From positions 16,240 to 80,239 of the forward strand of contig JAWOEX010000038.1 of NCBI GenBank assembly GCA_046482545.1: a DNA stretch of 64,000 nt. The letters are read 5' to 3'. A program made the position numbers and the translations under genes. The notes beneath the pieces are model-generated. The model had not been told where the DNA came from. It saw nothing but the letters and a program-made list of their open reading frames with translations, and ran no database searches. This document shows, in pieces, positions 58,447-64,000 of this stretch. Each line of letters begins with the position of its first letter. The stretch's first letter is position 1. Origin of the DNA: Candidatus Thorarchaeota archaeon. GTDB taxonomy: Archaea > Asgardarchaeota > Thorarchaeia > Thorarchaeales > Thorarchaeaceae.

Positions 58447-61332
58447 TTGAAGCAGCAACCACCTAGGCCCAAATTGATATTTCTAACAATTGGAATACTA
58501 GTTCTCCTTTTTCTACCCATGGTCCCAGTTCAGTCTCATCAGATTCAGGCGAACCTTGGGCAGGAGAATACGATTATTGAGCCAGAACTAGCTGAAAAAA
58601 TGAATTCGTTTCCTTCCAATCAGAAAATCCCAATTGTGGTGAACTTCCCAGATGGCTATTCGTCACACGAGATGAGAGCCGTTCTGGAAGAATTGGATTT
58701 GCAGAACACATTGATCAGACATGTCTTTTCTCTCATTCCAGTCGTTTCGCTATATGCTGGCAGCAATGATATCGAGACATTAGCAAGTATCCCAATCGTT
58801 GAGAGACTTGGTTTTGACTCCAAGCTCCAACTTGTTTCAAATGACCAAAAAACGAAGGCTAATGATGATGGAGGACTCGGATATACGCATCCGGATGAAA
58901 TTTTGGATACCGATTCTTTGATAGAAAACGGATTCAACGGAACGGGAATCCAAGTAGCCGTTCTCGATAGTGGGGTTCAAGGAACCCATCCCGATTTGGA
59001 AAATCAACTGATGGGATTCAAGGACTTAGTGAGTGATTCAGACCAAGATGATATGGATCCTTCCGATGGTATTGATGCCTATGACGACAACGGTCATGGC
59101 ACCGTATGTTCTTGGCTTGTTGCGGGTTCTGGAGAGATGAATGGCGGAAAGTACACTGGAATAGCTCCAGGAGCCGATCTTCTGATCGTTAAGGTATTGG
59201 ACGAAGAGGGAGCTGGTGATGATTCGGTTATAGCCGAGGGTATCGAATTCGCTGTAGATAGCGGCTCAGATGTTATCTCCCTAAGCCTAGGAGGGCCAAT
59301 GGCTGATGTTACCGCTGAGGATCCTTCAATGCAGGCAGCAAAGGCCGCGATCGAACAAGGTCTCACAGTAGTAATTGCTGCGGGCAATACTGGTCCTGCA
59401 GCGTATACCATCAATTCACCAGGAGTACTTGAAGAAGCAATTACAGTAGGCTCCTCCGCTGATGGAACAGGAGTTGTAGCTTTCAGCAGCAGAGGACCTG
59501 TTAATAGGCAATACGCAGAACCTTACGGAATCTATGCGAAACCCGACATCATCGCACCTGGCTTGAACATAATGTCTGGGAGGGCAGATAGTGCAAACTA
59601 CCTTGACTACCCAGTTTACAACCAGTCCCAGTATGGTTCTTATTACACTCAATTCTCTGGAACCTCAGCATCAACGCCTCAAGTAGCTGGATTGGTGGCT
59701 CTGCTGATGAGCAAGTATTCGCATCTAAGACCGATTGAAACAAAGACGGCTCTCATGGCGGGTGCAACTGATTTGAATCAAGATTCCATGGAACAAGGCT
59801 GGGGACTTGCCAATGCGACCATGTCAAGTGAGTTGCTCAGTGCAACGGATACGCTCACGATAATGACACCTAGGAGCTATCCAACGCTGCCCGGCAGCAA
59901 GAAAGTCCTCATAGTCGGTGAAGATAGAGAAGACCAGGATGTGTCTGTGTTGTCGACCGACACAAGGGGCAATCTCAATATCCAATCGTTTGGTAACGCA
60001 AGCCAATTCATTCAAGTTCCTCAATCTGTCACAGTTGAAGAAGGGTATTCCTATTTCGGTATATCCCTAAGCATATCTGATGATTTACCGTTGAGCTCCA
60101 TTGGTGCATATACCGGAGAGGTGGTTCTGACCTCGGGTGAAGAAAACATAACGTCCATTGAACTAGAATTCTCCATCACTACGTACGGCGGAAAATTGAT
60201 GGTGGATATGGCTCATCACTCTGCAGACGACCCTGATGACCCATCATACTACAGATACTTCACAGAATATCTCAAGAATCAAGGGATTTTACTTTCCGAA
60301 TTTCCAACCGAAGGAAGTAGCGATACCATTGACACGGGAGCTCTATCTACAACTGAGACCTTCATGATAATGGATACAGAGACAACATATGGAGAACAGG
60401 AAATTGACGCCATACATGAGTTCGTGGAGAATGGGGGGACACTCTTCATTCTTTCAGAGTTCTACGATAACCAAACAGGAACGGCCAGCTTTGCTATAGA
60501 TTACTACAACATGATTCTCGAACCATATGGAATCCAATGCGAGGAATTTGAGATTGGCCGAGGACCCAACGACCAGACGGGTCTGTTTTACGGTGAGGAC
60601 TACGGAGGTGTGGTAGAAAATCACTCGCTTGTGGAAGGTGTAGAAAACCTATACATCCTTTCAGGAAGCACGCTTTCAGTCAACTCATCTGTAGCCGGTG
60701 CCGAAGGGCTATTCTGGTATAGCACCGACAAGGAGCATGCTCTTATCGCCAAAGCCGACTACGGTGACGGACGTGTAATAGCAGTATCAGATGGTTCTAC
60801 ACTTTATGATGACATCCTCTACGATGCTATACGTGGGGGTGCAGACAACTTGCAGCTTCTTCGGAACATTGCTGGTTCCCTAATCCCTGAAAGACCAAGA
60901 ATATTTGACATTCAGTTCGACATCGACCAAGCAGGCGAGATGGTAAGCATTGTGAGCTACGTATTTGATGATGATCTTGATGATGTCTCAATGACCATCA
61001 CCGGGCCCAGCGATGAGGTATCTGAGCTTGAAGTGACCGAAAATTTGGGCTATAAATTCAGAGCATCAACAAATGTAAGCAGTGGCGGCTTCTACGAAGT
61101 GCTCGTAACGGCTACAGATTTCAGCGGTAACACGAGAACAGCGAAAAAAGTCTTTTTGATTCCAGTGAGCAGCCCTACGCAAGAACTCACAAACATTGTA
61201 ACAATCCTGCTCATTGGTATTGTCGTTGTCGGCCTAGTCTATGTGATGTCCATCAAGTTCAATGTGCGCGATAAATTAGATTCCGAGTGGGAAATAGAAG
61301 TTGAAGAGGATGAGGGCCCGCTTATCGAATAG
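58447..61332 (+). CDS. Membrane-anchored S8 protease with GATase-like domain (site-1-protease-like architecture)
   Basis: Signal peptide, prodomain, LDSG, GHGT, AGN, SGTSASTP; DTETTYGEQEIDAIHEFVENGGTLFILSE domain; C-terminal TM helix. Confidence 0.85.
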   Translation: MKQQPPRPKLIFLTIGILVLLFLPMVPVQSHQIQANLGQENTIIEPELAEKMNSFPSNQKIPIVVNFPDGYSSHEMRAVLEELDLQNTLIRHVFSLIPVVSLYAGSNDIETLASIPIVERLGFDSKLQLVSNDQKTKANDDGGLGYTHPDEILDTDSLIENGFNGTGIQVAVLDSGVQGTHPDLENQLMGFKDLVSDSDQDDMDPSDGIDAYDDNGHGTVCSWLVAGSGEMNGGKYTGIAPGADLLIVKVLDEEGAGDDSVIAEGIEFAVDSGSDVISLSLGGPMADVTAEDPSMQAAKAAIEQGLTVVIAAGNTGPAAYTINSPGVLEEAITVGSSADGTGVVAFSSRGPVNRQYAEPYGIYAKPDIIAPGLNIMSGRADSANYLDYPVYNQSQYGSYYTQFSGTSASTPQVAGLVALLMSKYSHLRPIETKTALMAGATDLNQDSMEQGWGLANATMSSELLSATDTLTIMTPRSYPTLPGSKKVLIVGEDREDQDVSVLSTDTRGNLNIQSFGNASQFIQVPQSVTVEEGYSYFGISLSISDDLPLSSIGAYTGEVVLTSGEENITSIELEFSITTYGGKLMVDMAHHSADDPDDPSYYRYFTEYLKNQGILLSEFPTEGSSDTIDTGALSTTETFMIMDTETTYGEQEIDAIHEFVENGGTLFILSEFYDNQTGTASFAIDYYNMILEPYGIQCEEFEIGRGPNDQTGLFYGEDYGGVVENHSLVEGVENLYILSGSTLSVNSSVAGAEGLFWYSTDKEHALIAKADYGDGRVIAVSDGSTLYDDILYDAIRGGADNLQLLRNIAGSLIPERPRIFDIQFDIDQAGEMVSIVSYVFDDDLDDVSMTITGPSDEVSELEVTENLGYKFRASTNVSSGGFYEVLVTATDFSGNTRTAKKVFLIPVSSPTQELTNIVTILLIGIVVVGLVYVMSIKFNVRDKLDSEWEIEVEEDEGPLIE

Positions 61333-62605
61333 GGCCATATGTCTCCTCTAGCAACTCCTCCATCCTTTCGTGTTGAGGAGGGAGTAGTGGAGACTCTTTC
61401 AGGACCGCTCCTTCATCCACTCGCTTCAGTATTTGATATGCCCATCTGGAGCCCATTCGGGGTGACAATACCTGCCCCCCTATGATTATGCCGTCCTTGT
61501 CTGTTACAAGGGCAATTTTAGTGAATTCAGCACCATCGGTTAGGAATGTCACATCTGTTTCGATACGCATACGATTCGCTGTTTCTGACGAGTGACCTAT
61601 ACAAACGATATCTGTATTGAAAATTCGATCATATTGCAGACGCAGGTTTACATCTTTGAATATCTTATCGCGACCAACCACAGCCAGACCAGCCTGCTTT
61701 CCTGCCCTTGCTGCAGTACTGCCAATGGGCATGAGGACGGGCTCCCCAGTCAAGAAATCTGACATTTCCGCACAATCTCCAATGGCATAGACACCTTCAG
61801 CAGAGGTTTCCATGTGTTCATCTACAACTATTCCGCCTGTGGGTCCAATTTCCAAACCCATTTCCTTTCCCAAGACAACATTTGGAACTACACCGGTCAT
61901 GAAGAGAACTGCATCACATGCGACGGTTTCATCACCAAGTTCTACACCCTCAACACGATTCGTTCCAGCTATTGCATTTGGAGCCGTACCTTTGTGAAGA
62001 ACCATATCCGCCGGTATCCTAGATTCGAGCTCAGAACTCATACTCGGTTCCAAGAGTCGTCGCATGAACCGAGAACGTACGACAAGGTGCACTTCGTTAC
62101 CTAGTTTGTGAAGACGCTCTGCTATTTCCAAACCACTAAAACCAGCACCAATTACGGCTATTCGCTCCAGAGAGGGAAGATTTTCACCCAGAGCGGCAGC
62201 ATCTTCAATGCTTTGGATTGTGTATGTGTATTTCAACCCGGTCCCGGGGATATCTGGCTTATTGGGGATACCTCCAGTAGCCAGAACCAATTTATCAAAT
62301 TCGACCTCTGATCGTGTTCCATCGGGTGCACGAATAGTAAGTGTGCGATTAGTAAAATCACCCTCCAGAACGCGGGTTCCCATACGTACCCTAATACCTT
62401 TGTCTTTCAGTTTATTTAACGACCAATCTTGAATCTCAAGCTGGTCAGTATCTGGTGTTTCAAAGGCCAAGGAAGATCCGGGTTTCCTATGAGCGGGTTC
62501 GGTTTCCTCAGTTATGATTTCTACATCAGCTTCTGGGTCAAACGTACTAATGGTTGATGCAGCAGTAGCACCACCGGGACCGAATCCAACAATTACTACT
62601 TTCAT
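61322..62605 (-). CDS. FAD-dependent pyridine nucleotide-disulfide oxidoreductase (NOX/CoADR-like)
   Basis: GFGPGG, LATG, GAGFSGLE, YAIGDC. Confidence 0.85.
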   Translation of the reverse strand: MKVVIVGFGPGGATAASTISTFDPEADVEIITEETEPAHRKPGSSLAFETPDTDQLEIQDWSLNKLKDKGIRVRMGTRVLEGDFTNRTLTIRAPDGTRSEVEFDKLVLATGGIPNKPDIPGTGLKYTYTIQSIEDAAALGENLPSLERIAVIGAGFSGLEIAERLHKLGNEVHLVVRSRFMRRLLEPSMSSELESRIPADMVLHKGTAPNAIAGTNRVEGVELGDETVACDAVLFMTGVVPNVVLGKEMGLEIGPTGGIVVDEHMETSAEGVYAIGDCAEMSDFLTGEPVLMPIGSTAARAGKQAGLAVVGRDKIFKDVNLRLQYDRIFNTDIVCIGHSSETANRMRIETDVTFLTDGAEFTKIALVTDKDGIIIGGQVLSPRMGSRWAYQILKRVDEGAVLKESPLLPPQHERMEELLEETYGPIR

Positions 62606-62612
62606 TCAACAA

Positions 62613-64000
62613 CTACTCCTTTTTGAAATACCTACTCACCAACACTAAGATTGCAGCTAGGCCTCCGACAACAACAGCACCTATAATCAATATGGTGTAG
62701 TCCTCGACAACTTGTAGACTGGCGAATCTCTCTTCAATGCGTTGACCAGTTCTGCTGATAGCGTATGCATATACGTCATATTCACCTGGAGATAGGCCAG
62801 ACGGTTTTATCCGAATATCATAGATACCATCAGTACTGCTGAGTGTAAAATTCAAAGGATTGCCAGTCGTCCCAACGAAAGAAACACCAACACTGCTAGC
62901 CATCAAATAGCCTTCAATTTCGATTCTACCGGTAATCATATCTTGAATGAAAGGACCAACTCTTACAGTAGTGTTATCAAGTGAAGCACTTGCTATCCCC
63001 AAAGCGCCCGAAATCGTCCTCTCTATCATCAGAGAATTGAGATACAGAGTCTCATATCCATCACTTATATTCAGGATAGCGCTCATGCTATAGGTAGTAT
63101 CCCATGATGAGGAGTTGAAAGCCAGAAGGTAGTTTTTGGATCCAGCTAGAGTGTCTGTTTCCACGATAGAGTCTCGTCCGTATACCAGTTTCCATCCTAA
63201 ATCGATACTTGTCGATAGGCTGTCCCTGTCAGTGATTGAGATATTTAGAGAATAGATTCCATTATTGGCATCAAATTTGATTTCCTGAAAAAGGGGCCGC
63301 CATGTGTTTTCAAGCGTTACATCATCAAGGGAGTCAGCGGGAGAAAGTGTGCTGTTGTGAGTATACATGTTCATCATTATACGATCAGCCATCACACCGG
63401 TATCCACCCGGACAAATAGCGTAGTGGAACTTGTCCACCATTCAGCCTTATCCTCATCGGATTCAACCCAGCTTCCATCCCAGTAATATGCCTGAATCGT
63501 CCCATCAGTTACGTTGACCATCAAATCTGCTCCATCGAATCCGGTTGCATTATCGTCATCCACATCTAGAGCTAAGGAGAAATTATATGAATTCCAAGAA
63601 GTAGGAGTTTCCCTTACTGTCGCAGCCATTCCCACCTGATTCTGGTCTCGATACGCGGACACAGATACTATGTCCAATTCCCCATACAGAGAGAGGTTTT
63701 CATCACTGGTAACTATGGGCTCGATTCCAGTCCAGTCAGAAAGTGTGGTTCCGCTTGTAAGGGGAACATCAAGAACATGACGAACCGTGTGAAGCGTGTC
63801 ACAGAGACCAAAACCCCAGTCGACTTCAGGAGGAGAATGGTGAGAGCTGATTCCGCCAGCTCCTTCCAGGAGCGCGCTCAAGTCATCCCATAGAGTGCTT
63901 TCATCTGAGCTCTGATAACTAAGCGCCAATGCACCGGCTATATGTGGCGTCGCCATGCTTGTACCTGTTCTCGTTGTCCATAGCGAATCCGATGTGCTTG
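62613..64000 (-). CDS. S8 protease, C-terminal part (gene starts beyond the window), TM-anchored
   Basis: TGTSMATPHIAG, WGFG, C-terminal TM helix and basic tail. Confidence 0.8.
   Translation of the reverse strand, partial: STSDSLWTTRTGTSMATPHIAGALALSYQSSDESTLWDDLSALLEGAGGISSHHSPPEVDWGFGLCDTLHTVRHVLDVPLTSGTTLSDWTGIEPIVTSDENLSLYGELDIVSVSAYRDQNQVGMAATVRETPTSWNSYNFSLALDVDDDNATGFDGADLMVNVTDGTIQAYYWDGSWVESDEDKAEWWTSSTTLFVRVDTGVMADRIMMNMYTHNSTLSPADSLDDVTLENTWRPLFQEIKFDANNGIYSLNISITDRDSLSTSIDLGWKLVYGRDSIVETDTLAGSKNYLLAFNSSSWDTTYSMSAILNISDGYETLYLNSLMIERTISGALGIASASLDNTTVRVGPFIQDMITGRIEIEGYLMASSVGVSFVGTTGNPLNFTLSSTDGIYDIRIKPSGLSPGEYDVYAYAISRTGQRIEERFASLQVVEDYTILIIGAVVVGGLAAILVLVSRYFKKE

Overview
Gene-dense archaeal chromosomal window, most likely from an Asgard archaeon (Thorarchaeia-like). 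This lineage call is inferred from two Rab-like small GTPases, a roadblock protein, archaeal RadA, TopoVI, aRF1 and PheRS, CofE and a grpE-dnaK-dnaJ operon. It holds about 50 CDS and an intron-containing tRNA-Ala(GGC). No CRISPR array or intact transposase is visible. The main finding is a 31-nt insertion (1927-1957) in the conserved GHPSEVM motif of ahcY (S-adenosylhomocysteine hydrolase). It folds into a canonical bulge-helix-bulge (BHB) motif whose predicted cut sites restore the reading frame exactly, so it is a candidate endonuclease-spliced mRNA intron. Other items of note: a ~420-nt GC-rich structured RNA candidate (8081-8505) beside a truncated radical SAM gene; radA with no ATG/GTG/TTG start (probable ATC); TopoVI-A with seven RadA-like (HhH)2 repeats; a subtilase resembling eukaryotic site-1 protease; and a membrane receiver / SF2 helicase / PAS kinase cluster. 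All assignments come from motif recognition by eye; no database searches were run.
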